Assembly: GCA_041740475.1 (NCBI GenBank)
Contig: JBGSLX010000021.1
Location: 1-57,383 of the forward strand
DNA length: 57,383 nucleotides
Direction of reading: 5' to 3'
Source of the DNA: Akkermansiaceae bacterium
GTDB lineage: Bacteria > Verrucomicrobiota > Verrucomicrobiia > Verrucomicrobiales > Akkermansiaceae
Shown here: piece after piece, positions 19,617 to 29,108 of the stretch
Layout: every line of letters begins with the position of its first letter
How positions within the stretch are numbered: position 1 is the stretch's first letter
The notes under the pieces: model-generated
What the model saw: only the letters and a program-made list of their open reading frames with translations
The model's database searches: none
What the model was told of the DNA's origin: nothing
Program-made: the position numbers and the translations under genes

Positions 19617-21203
19617 ATGATCCAGCACATTAAACGACTCCTCGGCATCGGCAGGCCCGATCCGCTTCACGGAAACACACTCATCGTCAACGTCGAAAAA
19701 CTCGAACGCCGAGTCGCCCTCTTGGAAGACGGCGTGCTCGAAGAATACACCGTCGAGCGCGAGGGTGATCAAAACATCGTCGGCGGTATTTTCAAAGGCC
19801 GCGTCAAAAACATCGAAGGCGGTCTCAAGGCAATGTTCGTCGATATCGGCCTCGACAAAAACGCGTTCCTGCACTTCTGGGACGCCATTCCCGCAGCGCT
19901 CGATGCCGGCCTGGAAGAAATCCAGCGCGAGGGCAAACGGAAGCAGCAAAAGAAAATCACCTCCAAGGACATCCCGGAAATCTATCCGATCGGTTCGGAA
20001 ATCGTCATCCAAGTTTCCAAAGGCGCGATCGGCACCAAAGGCCCACGCGTCACCACTAACATCTCGCTAGCCGGGCGCTACCTCGTGCTCATGCCCTACA
20101 CGGAACAGTTCGGTATTTCTCGGAAAATCGAGGATCCCAAAGAACGTGCACGCCTTCGCAAGATTGTTCAGAAACTCTCGGTTCCCGAAGGCATGGGCAT
20201 CATCATGCGCACCGTCGCATCCGGCACGCGCGCCCGCCACTTCGTGCGTGACCTCGCCATGCTGCTTGAACAATGGGACGAGATCGAGGCCCGCCGCGCG
20301 GCGAATCCAGCACCCGCATGCATCTTCCAAGAACCTGGCCTCATCGAGCGCACTGCCCGAGATTTCCTCACCGAGGAAGTCAACCAAGTGATCTGCGATG
20401 ATGCCGAGACGACTGAGAAAATCCGCGAAATCGCCGGTAAAATTTCACGCCGCGCCAAACGCCGCGTCCACCACATGGCGATGAGTTCGCAGCCGATCTT
20501 CGAGCGCATCGGCATCCAAAAACAGATCGACGAAGCGTTTTCCCGCCAAGTCTGGCTGCCCTGCGGCGGCTACATCGTGATCGATGAAACCGAGGCTTTG
20601 ATCGCTATCGACGTCAACACTGGTCGCAACCGCGGCGCGAAGGATGTGGACAAGATGATTCTGCAAACGAACACCGAGGCCGCAGTCGAGGTCGCACGCC
20701 AATTGCGCCTGCGCAACATCGGCGGACTCGTCGTCATCGACCTCATCGACATGCGCCACCGCAAGGACCAACAGGCGGTTTACAAGGCGATCAAAGACCG
20801 ACTCAAGAAGGACAAGGCCAAGACGCAGGTGCTTCAAATTTCTCCAATCGGTCTGATGGAAATGACACGCCAGCGCCTCAATGAATCATTGCGCGACTCG
20901 ATGTATGAGCCTTGCCCGTATTGTCAGGGCCGTGCTCGTGTTAAAACTCCGATGACGATGTCCGTGGAAATCCAACGCCGCCTCAACTCCGTCATTCAAA
21001 AATACCGAGACACGGTTGGAGACCTCATCATCATCGTCAACAGCGACGTGCTGAACCGTTTCAAAAGCGAAGATTCCAAGCTGCTCGGAGAGCTTGAACG
21101 CTCTCACTCCGGCCGCCTCATTTTCCGCTCGGACCCGACTCTCAATCGTGAACGCTTCGCCATCATCGATGCTCGCACCGAAAAAACACTCGACCAAGTC
21201 TAG
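19617..21203 (+). CDS. rng: Rne/Rng family ribonuclease (RNase G-like)
   Basis: S1 domain, GRYLVLMP, IDVNTG, RQLRLRNIGG, CPYCQG. Confidence 0.92.
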   Translation: MIQHIKRLLGIGRPDPLHGNTLIVNVEKLERRVALLEDGVLEEYTVEREGDQNIVGGIFKGRVKNIEGGLKAMFVDIGLDKNAFLHFWDAIPAALDAGLEEIQREGKRKQQKKITSKDIPEIYPIGSEIVIQVSKGAIGTKGPRVTTNISLAGRYLVLMPYTEQFGISRKIEDPKERARLRKIVQKLSVPEGMGIIMRTVASGTRARHFVRDLAMLLEQWDEIEARRAANPAPACIFQEPGLIERTARDFLTEEVNQVICDDAETTEKIREIAGKISRRAKRRVHHMAMSSQPIFERIGIQKQIDEAFSRQVWLPCGGYIVIDETEALIAIDVNTGRNRGAKDVDKMILQTNTEAAVEVARQLRLRNIGGLVVIDLIDMRHRKDQQAVYKAIKDRLKKDKAKTQVLQISPIGLMEMTRQRLNESLRDSMYEPCPYCQGRARVKTPMTMSVEIQRRLNSVIQKYRDTVGDLIIIVNSDVLNRFKSEDSKLLGELERSHSGRLIFRSDPTLNRERFAIIDARTEKTLDQV

Positions 21204-21260
21204 GCAACAAACGCGAAACATCATACTTCACCCACGCAACTTTTGAAGCCCCCAACACTT

Positions 21261-22664
21261 ATGAACCGCAAAACAAAAATCATCGTCACCCTAGGTCCAG
21301 CCACCGAGTCCGTAGAAATGATCGGCGCCCTCATGGATTCCGGAGCCAATGTGTTCCGCCTCAACATGAGCCACGCGAAGCACGAATGGGCCGCTGAAAT
21401 GGCATCCCGCGTCCGCAAACAAGCGATTCAGCGTGGCATTCACATCGGTGTGTTGTTCGACCTCACCGGACCATCGATCCGAACTGGCGAAGTTGCAGAA
21501 AACTACACGCTCGCCGAGGGCGATACGGTGGAGTTCCGCAAGGCGGGCACAGAGCCCACCGTGGATATTTCGACCACAGTCAATTATGAGGGACTGATGG
21601 ACGACGTCGCTGTCGGTAACACGCTCGTTGTGGACAATGGCGCATTGCTCATGCGCATCGAAGTGGTCGAGGCGGACCGCATTCTTTGCAGCGTCGCCAC
21701 TCCAGGAACGCTCGGCTCGCGGAGACACATCAATCTTCCTGGTGTGCGGCTCAATCTTCCCGCGCTCACTGAAAAGGATCACAAGGACCTCGCGCTTGCA
21801 GTCGAATGCGAAGCGGATTTCATTGCGGGTTCATTCGTTCGGGACAGTGCCCACGTCCGTGAGCTTCGCGACGCCATGAAAGCGCTCGAAGGCGATGCGC
21901 AAATCATCGCGAAGGTGGAGGATCAGGAAGCCGTGCGAAACATCGACGCGATTATCGGCGAAGCCGACATCATCATGATCGCCCGTGGAGATCTGGGCAC
22001 CGAAGTTGAATTTGAAGAACTCCCGCTCTTGCAAAGGCGCATCGTCAAGCGCTGCCATGAGCTTGGAACTCGCGTGATCGTCGCCACTCACCTCATGGAA
22101 TCCATGATCACCAATCCCACTCCCACGCGCGCCGAGGTGACCGATGTGATGAATGCCGCTTACGAAGAAGCCGACGCTCTCATGCTCTCAGGAGAAACTT
22201 CTGTCGGTCGTTATCCTTTGCGTTGTGTCGAGGCATTGGCGCGCATCGCCAACCGCATCGAGCGCTCCGGTGGTCATGGATTTGGCCAAGGAATGTTGCT
22301 TCGTGATGAACGCCAGAAAGTGGCTCGGGCGGCGGTGACACTTGCCGACTCCATGCCAGACGCGCGCCTCGTGGTGCTCACCCGCCGTGGCGTATTGGCC
22401 AACCAAGTTTCCATGTTGCGGCCGCGCACAGCGGGATTTTATGCCGTCACACCGAAAGAAACGGTTTGCCGGAAACTTTCACTCAGCCGTGGCCTGCACT
22501 CCATCAAGTTGTCGTTCTCAACTAACATCGAAGAAACCATTAAGCGCGTTAGCGATTACTTGCTGAAGGAAGAATTGGTCCGCGCAGGCACGCCCATTGT
22601 GATCGTCTCAGACATTCTCTCCGATCACTTCGGCGCGAACTCGATCCTTCTTCACCACGCGTAA
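21261..22664 (+). CDS. pyk: Pyruvate kinase
   Basis: RKTKIIVTLGP, RLNMSH, MIARGDLG, PTRAEVTDV, MLSGETSVG. Confidence 0.97.
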   Translation: MNRKTKIIVTLGPATESVEMIGALMDSGANVFRLNMSHAKHEWAAEMASRVRKQAIQRGIHIGVLFDLTGPSIRTGEVAENYTLAEGDTVEFRKAGTEPTVDISTTVNYEGLMDDVAVGNTLVVDNGALLMRIEVVEADRILCSVATPGTLGSRRHINLPGVRLNLPALTEKDHKDLALAVECEADFIAGSFVRDSAHVRELRDAMKALEGDAQIIAKVEDQEAVRNIDAIIGEADIIMIARGDLGTEVEFEELPLLQRRIVKRCHELGTRVIVATHLMESMITNPTPTRAEVTDVMNAAYEEADALMLSGETSVGRYPLRCVEALARIANRIERSGGHGFGQGMLLRDERQKVARAAVTLADSMPDARLVVLTRRGVLANQVSMLRPRTAGFYAVTPKETVCRKLSLSRGLHSIKLSFSTNIEETIKRVSDYLLKEELVRAGTPIVIVSDILSDHFGANSILLHHA

Positions 22665-22685
22665 GTCCGGCGGTGCGGTGGAGCG

Positions 22686-24446
22686 TCACCCCTTAATTTC
22701 AAGCAGCATCTGTGGGTTATTCGGGAACTTCTTGAGGAAGAAAAGCAGTCGTTCCATCGCCTCCACCGGGCGGTGGCCGGATAGCCCTCGGCGGATCAGG
22801 TGAACCTTGTGCAGCGTGTGGTCTGCCAGCAGTAGCTCCTCGCGACGGGTGCCAGACTTGAATATATCAACGGCCGGATAGATGTAGTTTTCCGCGATTT
22901 TGCGGTCGAGCACGAGTTCCATATTCCCGGTGCCTTTGAACTCCATGAAAATCGCCTCATCGGCACGCGAGTTGGTCTGAATCAAAGCGGTGGCCATGAT
23001 CGTAAGCGAGCCACCACCACGGGTGTTGCGGGCAGCAGCAAAAAGGCGTCGAGGCACTTCAAGTGCGCCGATCGTGATGCCGCCGGAGCCTGTTCCACGA
23101 CCGCGATTGCTGCCCATCATGTGGTTGTACGCACGGGCCAAGCGCGTGATGGAATCCATCAGCAAGAACACATCTTTGCCGGCTTCCACCAATCGTTTCG
23201 CCCGTTCGATGGCGAGCTCGGCGATGCGGCAGTGATTGCGTGCGACTTCATCATTGGAACTGGCATAAATTTCTGCTCCCGGCAAAGCGCGACGGAACTC
23301 CGTCACTTCCTCGGGGCGCTCATCCACCAAGAGCACGATCAGGTGGATGGATTCGTCATATTTTTCACGGATCGCCTCTGCCATGTGAAGCAGCAAGGTG
23401 GTTTTTCCCGAGCGTGGCGGAGAAACGATCAGTCCACGCTGTCCGCGCCCTACAGGTGCCATGATGTCCACGACTCGCGTGGTGAAACGCTCGGACTTGG
23501 TCTCGAAACTGATGCGTTTGGATGGGTTGATCGCCTTGAGTTCATCGAAATGCGGAAGTTTGGATGCCTCCTGTGGAGTCATGCCGTTGATGTCGGTGAC
23601 TTCGACCAGTTGCGGCCCGCGCGGCCCGATCTGATAAAGGCCGCGTACCCACTGGCAGAGCCGCAGGTGGTATTTGCGGATGATTTCCGAAGTCACAAAC
23701 ACATCATCGCGCGCTTGATCAAAGCGTCTCTCGGAAACACGCAAGAACCCGAAACCTTTCGGCGTCAGCTCTAGCATGCCATAAACCTCGATCATTGGCC
23801 CGCTGAGCGCAGGCTCTGGACGGCGCTCGTTTGGCGACGCTGGACTTGGACGAGAATCGTTATTTGGCGCAGGACGCGGCACCGCCGGTTGCTGGCCGAC
23901 ACGTTGTTCATTGCGCCGCTTGCGTTTTTCGCGACGCCGCTTGCTGCGACTTTCACGCGGTTGTCCGTCGCGGTTTTGCGGATTTTCTTGGCCGCCTTGC
24001 TGCGGCATGGGTGAGCCTTGGTTTCCCGAGTTCTGCGGCGGTGAAGTCGAGACTTCAGGACTCGCCGGAGCAGCTTCGCGTGGGGTCGTGGGCCCGCCGC
24101 CGGGCACGCGGCCGATACGTCGTCCTTCATTTGCTGGCTGCGTTTCTTGAACAGGCGTTTCAGCGGAAATATTTTCTGCGCTAGGGGTTTCTGAAGGCAC
24201 CGCCTCAACAGTCACTTTTTTCGCCCGCACCGCTCTTTTCTTGGGAACCACGGACTCGGAACGGACCTCATCTTGGGTAAGCTCCAAATCGAGCTGCTCC
24301 TTGGGTGCGTTTTTTACCGCTTTCTTTGCTGGCACTTTTTTGGCAGCGGCCACCTTTTTGACAGCCCGCTTGCGTGCTGGTTTCGCGCTCTCGTCGGTGA
24401 TGGCCGGGACAGATTGTTTGGTATCCTCGTTGGTTGGGGTGCTCAT
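22686..24446 (-). CDS. rho: Transcription termination factor Rho with long disordered N-terminus
   Basis: GFGFLR, GRGQRGLIVSPPRSGKT, DERPEEVT, DSITRLARAYN, FKGTGNMEL; start could be 24494. Confidence 0.97.
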   Translation of the reverse strand: MSTPTNEDTKQSVPAITDESAKPARKRAVKKVAAAKKVPAKKAVKNAPKEQLDLELTQDEVRSESVVPKKRAVRAKKVTVEAVPSETPSAENISAETPVQETQPANEGRRIGRVPGGGPTTPREAAPASPEVSTSPPQNSGNQGSPMPQQGGQENPQNRDGQPRESRSKRRREKRKRRNEQRVGQQPAVPRPAPNNDSRPSPASPNERRPEPALSGPMIEVYGMLELTPKGFGFLRVSERRFDQARDDVFVTSEIIRKYHLRLCQWVRGLYQIGPRGPQLVEVTDINGMTPQEASKLPHFDELKAINPSKRISFETKSERFTTRVVDIMAPVGRGQRGLIVSPPRSGKTTLLLHMAEAIREKYDESIHLIVLLVDERPEEVTEFRRALPGAEIYASSNDEVARNHCRIAELAIERAKRLVEAGKDVFLLMDSITRLARAYNHMMGSNRGRGTGSGGITIGALEVPRRLFAAARNTRGGGSLTIMATALIQTNSRADEAIFMEFKGTGNMELVLDRKIAENYIYPAVDIFKSGTRREELLLADHTLHKVHLIRRGLSGHRPVEAMERLLFFLKKFPNNPQMLLEIKG

Positions 24447-24490
24447 TCTGAGTCGGGTAAAATGATTGGATCCACTGGGTATCGGGCTGC

Positions 24491-25243
24491 TCAATGGTCG
24501 AGCTGATCGAGTATTTCATCGGCAACCTCGAAATTGGTGAAGACGTTGACGGTGTCCGGATAATCGTCCAAGTGGTCGTAAAGTTTGAGTATTTGGCGGG
24601 CAATGGTCGGGTCTGTGACCATTCCTGAATTTTGAGCGATGGAGACCATTTTTTCGGATGTGATCGGTAGCCCGGCAGATCGCAGTGCATTGCCTACGCT
24701 GCCCAATTCGTTCGGAGCAGTTTGGATGAGGTGTTCTTCATCATCGGCTTGGACATCGCTTGCGCCTGCTTCGATCGCAATCTCCATGAGCTTTTCTTGT
24801 TCAATCGCACCCGCAGAGACGCGGATTTCTCCGATGCGGTTGAACTGATATGAGACGCTACCTTGCGTGGCCACGCTGCCGCCGTTTTTGGTAAAAATGG
24901 ATCTCACGTCTGCTGCCGAGCGGTTGAGATTGTCCGTTGCCATTTCCACGATGAAGGCCACGCCCGCAGGCCCGTAACCCTCGTAAGCGACTTCTTGGAT
25001 GGCATCCCCTCCGAGTTCGCCAGTGCCTTTTTTGATGGCGCGCTCAATGTTGTCTTTTGGCATGGAAACGGCCTTGGCGTTGTCGATGGCGGTGCGCAGG
25101 CGTGTATTTGCAGCAGGATCTCCGCCGCCAGAACGAGCTGCCAGTGAGATTTCATGAGCACACTTGCTAAAGACCCTGCCTTTGATGGCATCGACTCTCG
25201 CTTTGATGTGCTTGACCTTGGACCACTTGTTGTGACCAGCCAT
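24491..25243 (-). CDS. yebC: YebC/PmpR family protein
   Basis: MAGHNKWSKVKH, MPKDNIERAI, YEGYGPAG, TDNLNR. Confidence 0.96.
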   Translation of the reverse strand: MAGHNKWSKVKHIKARVDAIKGRVFSKCAHEISLAARSGGGDPAANTRLRTAIDNAKAVSMPKDNIERAIKKGTGELGGDAIQEVAYEGYGPAGVAFIVEMATDNLNRSAADVRSIFTKNGGSVATQGSVSYQFNRIGEIRVSAGAIEQEKLMEIAIEAGASDVQADDEEHLIQTAPNELGSVGNALRSAGLPITSEKMVSIAQNSGMVTDPTIARQILKLYDHLDDYPDTVNVFTNFEVADEILDQLDH

Positions 25244-25503
25244 GGAATACGAATGAAAAGGGGATTTGGTGTTGTGGGTGAATGCGCTTGAGCAGAACGA
25301 GGTGTTCTGCTGGCCGCAAAAAGAGCGAATCGGTGTGGCGATGCACACAAACCGGATGGAGATGTTCACTGAGGAACACGGCAGCCCGGTTAGGAGGGCT
25401 ACAAGTTGCTTGTAATGGGACTGCTCGCAATTACCGCGCGAAAGTCAGTTACATTGTGCAACAAGGCCAAACTGGACTGCCCAGAATGGATTGGCAATCG
25501 AAA

Positions 25504-25529
25504 ATTTGAGCCTGAATTTAGGCTCAAAT
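25504..25529 (-). terminator. Intrinsic terminator after pseudopilin cassette
   Basis: ATTTGAGCCT-N6-AGGCTCAAAT just after stop 25536, followed by T residues on the minus strand. Confidence 0.7.
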
Positions 25530-25535
25530 AAAAAC

Positions 25536-26471
25536 TCACTGACCTGGCAATTGCACCAGTTTGGAATACTGATAGCTGTTTTTCGCAAGCCATTTGGCAT
25601 CACTGGCCTTCGATCTATCGCGTCTTAGCTGCTCCACTCCTGGATCAGATAAGACGCTTAGAGAAATGCCAATGGACGTGATTTTACCGTTGGTGAGTGG
25701 GACTGTTGGGTCTGGTGCACCTGCCGATTTGGTAGTGATGCCCTGACCCGTGATTCTCAAATTCTTATCACTGGAGCTAGCCGGACCAATCGTGACAAAC
25801 TGGTTTACATTTGCACCGCTTACGATGGTCTGAACATTAAACGTGATGGAGAACTGGAAGATGTTTTCGCACACAAACGCATCGGTCTTGGTCATTTCTG
25901 AGCCAAACTGATTCTGAAAGAGAACATTCAAGCCCGGATCACTATCATTTTCAGGCTTACCCAGTAGTGATGTGAATGTGACATCTGGATTTACCAAATG
26001 ACGTCCGAGAACGAAGGTATCGAATGCACCCGACCCCCCGTCTCTGAATGGATCTCTCTCTTCAAGCTGGTAGCCAACACAGGAAACATCACCTTCGTTG
26101 CCGCTACTCCCTCCGATGTTCCCAGAGTAACGGTCAGCGGCAGCGGTATAAAAGTATAGATTGACCGCACTGGTGTTCGTGCCGCTGCTTTTAGCTTCGG
26201 CAGAAAGCCATTCGCTGAGAGTGTTGTCTCGGCGTGTGACAAGTGATTCTAAATCGCGAGCCAGCGTATCCACCATCGCTTTTGCTTGGCGCGAGGCGCG
26301 CAGCTCGGAACGGCTCCGGTTCCATGTGTCCATGGCAATGGAGGTGATGGAAATGAGCGACCCGACAATCAAAGTGGTGACGGTCATGGCCACCAGCAGT
26401 TCGAGCAAGCTGAAGCCGCGTTTTTGAGAGGAAGCAAAGGTCGTTTTCATGGGTTTTTTGATAGAATTCAT
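25536..26471 (-). CDS. Prepilin-type protein (Verru_Chthon cassette C / PulJ-like)
   Basis: KRG/FSLLELLVAM class III signal; ARDLES. Confidence 0.85.
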   Translation of the reverse strand: MNSIKKPMKTTFASSQKRGFSLLELLVAMTVTTLIVGSLISITSIAMDTWNRSRSELRASRQAKAMVDTLARDLESLVTRRDNTLSEWLSAEAKSSGTNTSAVNLYFYTAAADRYSGNIGGSSGNEGDVSCVGYQLEERDPFRDGGSGAFDTFVLGRHLVNPDVTFTSLLGKPENDSDPGLNVLFQNQFGSEMTKTDAFVCENIFQFSITFNVQTIVSGANVNQFVTIGPASSSDKNLRITGQGITTKSAGAPDPTVPLTNGKITSIGISLSVLSDPGVEQLRRDRSKASDAKWLAKNSYQYSKLVQLPGQ

Positions 26472-26472
26472 T

Positions 26473-27183
26473 TCAGCGGCGGACGACCAAATTGCGAGTA
26501 AAGGCAGGCAACACAGGGTTGCCGAGTTTATTGAAACGAGTAGTAAAAGAAGCGCCGAAATTTGCCGCTGACTTGCCAGTTAGTGGATAAAAATCTGCGG
26601 CGAAGGGGATGATTGCCTCGGGATGTTCATCGACGTTGGCCGATTCTACGCCACCCTTCGAATCGTAAATTTTCCCATCGGAACGAGGCTTTAGTGCGCC
26701 TGCGTTGAACGTCAATTGATTGCATTTCACCACATAAATGCCACCCACCACGGCAGGCAAATCTTCCAAAAACTTTGCATCATTCCGGCGAACCATCGAG
26801 ATGACTGCGTAATCTTCACCAGCAATATTACCTGCCGCGTCTGGCACGGGAACAGGTGTCCCATCATCTGGGCGGGTGTTTGAAAGACTACCTCGATATT
26901 GGTATGCCAATAGTGCGGTGCCCGCCGTATTAGATGCCTTAATCCACTGAAATGCTTTGTTGAAGCCGGGCGTTGGATCTCCCGCTCTTGAAGTCACCAA
27001 TTCCTGTTCCAGCGTGGACGCCAGTCGGTCTGCTTCTTCCACATTGATCGACTTTTTCACGCCTTCGGCAGCAGGGGCGAAAACGACGACGAATCCAGTG
27101 AGCAACACAGCGAGCACGCCGATTGCCACGACCGTCTCAATTAGCGTGAAGCCGCGAAATCTGGGTGTTGGTTGGGTTTTCAT
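26473..27183 (-). CDS. Prepilin-type protein (Verru_Chthon cassette B / PulI-like)
   Basis: RG/FTLIETVVAIG class III signal. Confidence 0.85.
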   Translation of the reverse strand: MKTQPTPRFRGFTLIETVVAIGVLAVLLTGFVVVFAPAAEGVKKSINVEEADRLASTLEQELVTSRAGDPTPGFNKAFQWIKASNTAGTALLAYQYRGSLSNTRPDDGTPVPVPDAAGNIAGEDYAVISMVRRNDAKFLEDLPAVVGGIYVVKCNQLTFNAGALKPRSDGKIYDSKGGVESANVDEHPEAIIPFAADFYPLTGKSAANFGASFTTRFNKLGNPVLPAFTRNLVVRR

Positions 27184-27186
27184 GAA

Positions 27187-27891
27187 TCAAAAAGTAGAGA
27201 CAGTTTCAGGAATGCCCATTTGTTCGGGGCTGCGGAATACCGAAGTTCTGCCGTTGCGCATCACCATAAATCCACCGAAGTCGCGTTTGCCGGAAGCGGT
27301 GACTCTGGGCAAATTTGACCCGGTGGCGGGCGAGGTGAGCCTGCGAGCACCGCTGCCGATGATAAAGCTCGCGCCTGGTATCTGGCTGATGCCCTGAGAA
27401 TTGAACTCATATTCGAAGTAGCGGCCTTGTTGTGAGGTTTTACTCCCGGAGATTCTGGTGTGGGTGATTTCCGGGATCGCGCTGCCTGCGTTAGTCTTGC
27501 TGTACGTTTGGCTGAAAAACGTCTGATCGGGCAGCACGACGCCCCTTGAGGAGAGAACCCAATTCGGTGTGTCATCTGTCGGGTCTTTCGCAGTGCCGTT
27601 GAGATTAGTTTCCTCATAAGCCACAATCACTCGCCGCAAATCATCTTCCCGCTTATTGGTAAGATTTTTAGCCACTAAAACACACGAGCGTATGCCTCGG
27701 GCTGCGGCGGTGGTGCGGGCTTCATCGAACAAGGCTTCTACCGAAGTGACACCACTAGTCACCCCTTTTCCGCCCATATTACTAAGTCCGATGGAACCTG
27801 CTGTCATAAGGATGGACATGATGACGATGACGACCAGCATCTCCACCAGAGTGAAGGCATTTTTCCGATTAAGAGTTACGGAGTGAATCAT
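27187..27891 (-). CDS. Prepilin-type protein (Verru_Chthon cassette D / GspH-FimT-like)
   Basis: KNA/FTLVEMLVVI; DEARTTA; EFNSQG; start uncertain (27891 or 27903). Confidence 0.85.
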   Translation of the reverse strand: MIHSVTLNRKNAFTLVEMLVVIVIMSILMTAGSIGLSNMGGKGVTSGVTSVEALFDEARTTAAARGIRSCVLVAKNLTNKREDDLRRVIVAYEETNLNGTAKDPTDDTPNWVLSSRGVVLPDQTFFSQTYSKTNAGSAIPEITHTRISGSKTSQQGRYFEYEFNSQGISQIPGASFIIGSGARRLTSPATGSNLPRVTASGKRDFGGFMVMRNGRTSVFRSPEQMGIPETVSTF

Positions 27892-27961
27892 TTGTAAACA
27901 CATGGGTTGTTTAGGATTAAGAAATACCAATCGCAAAAAGTGGCAAGTGGAAAGATTGAAA

Positions 27962-28987
27962 TCAGCTTACATTGTTATCAGGGAAGCGTCCGCGGTTGCA
28001 CCCATTGACCCACAACCACGCGGGCTTAACCATTTCTCGGACGTCTCTGCGTGCGGCTTCCCAGCCTAGCACTTGCTTCGCTAATGAAGGATCGGCCACT
28101 AAGGAGTCCGGATCTCCAGCGCGGCGCGGGCCATAAATGACTGGCACGGTCATTCCTGTGATTTCCTCGGTGGCAGTGATGATTTCCTTCACCGAAACAC
28201 CCACACCAGTGCCCAAATTGCAGCGCAAAGATTCACCACCACCAACCAAGTGATCCAGAGCTTTGGCATGCGCATCGGCCAAATCTTCGACGTGAATGTA
28301 GTCGCGAATGCAGGTGCCATCCGGCGTATTGTAATCCGTGCCAAAAACTTCGATGTGATCAATTTCTCCGGTCAGAGCCATTAGAACGCGCGGGATCAGA
28401 TGCGTTTCCGGGTTGTGATCCTCGCCGATTTTCCCGTCCGCCGAGCCTCCACTGGCGTTGAAATACCGCAAACAGGCGCTACGTAGTCCCCATGCGCGGT
28501 CGCAATCTGCTAGAATCCACTCGACCATCAGCTTGCTTCGTCCGTAGGGATTGATGGGATTTTGAGTATTGGTTTCGGTGATCGGGAGATTGTCTGGCAC
28601 ACCGTAAGTGGCGCAGGTAGAGGAAAAAACGAAGGCCTTGCAGCCAAACTCCTGCATCACTTGCAACAGCTTGATCGGCTCAGCCGTGTTGTTTTGGTAA
28701 TATTTCAATGGATCCGTCACCGATTCCCCCACGTAAGCAAAAGCCGCAAAATGAACCACTGCGGCGAATTGATGGGCCGTAAACAACTCGCGTAGAAGTT
28801 TCTGGTCACCGACATCGCCGACGACCAATTCCACTCCCGGATCGACAATCGCCGCTTTGTGTCCAAAAACCAAATTGTCGAGCACGACGATTTTCCGGCC
28901 TTGAGAAGCCAGCATTCTTACGGTGTGGGAACCAATGTATCCCGCTCCACCCGTAACCAATATCGACAGTTCGTTTTCGTTGTTCAT
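27962..28987 (-). CDS. galE: UDP-glucose 4-epimerase
   Basis: TGGAGYIGSH, FSSTCATYG, YGRSK, LRYFNASG, DGTCIRDYIHV. Confidence 0.96.
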   Translation of the reverse strand: MNNENELSILVTGGAGYIGSHTVRMLASQGRKIVVLDNLVFGHKAAIVDPGVELVVGDVGDQKLLRELFTAHQFAAVVHFAAFAYVGESVTDPLKYYQNNTAEPIKLLQVMQEFGCKAFVFSSTCATYGVPDNLPITETNTQNPINPYGRSKLMVEWILADCDRAWGLRSACLRYFNASGGSADGKIGEDHNPETHLIPRVLMALTGEIDHIEVFGTDYNTPDGTCIRDYIHVEDLADAHAKALDHLVGGGESLRCNLGTGVGVSVKEIITATEEITGMTVPVIYGPRRAGDPDSLVADPSLAKQVLGWEAARRDVREMVKPAWLWVNGCNRGRFPDNNVS

Positions 28988-29108
28988 TTACGGCTTGGAT
29001 CAAAGCCGGGAACGCCTGTGTGTGTCAATCCATGCGAGGAGATAGGCACGGTGATAACCACTTTGAAATCATCTCGAATAGATTCATTGCGGCACTTGTC
29101 ATAGCAGC

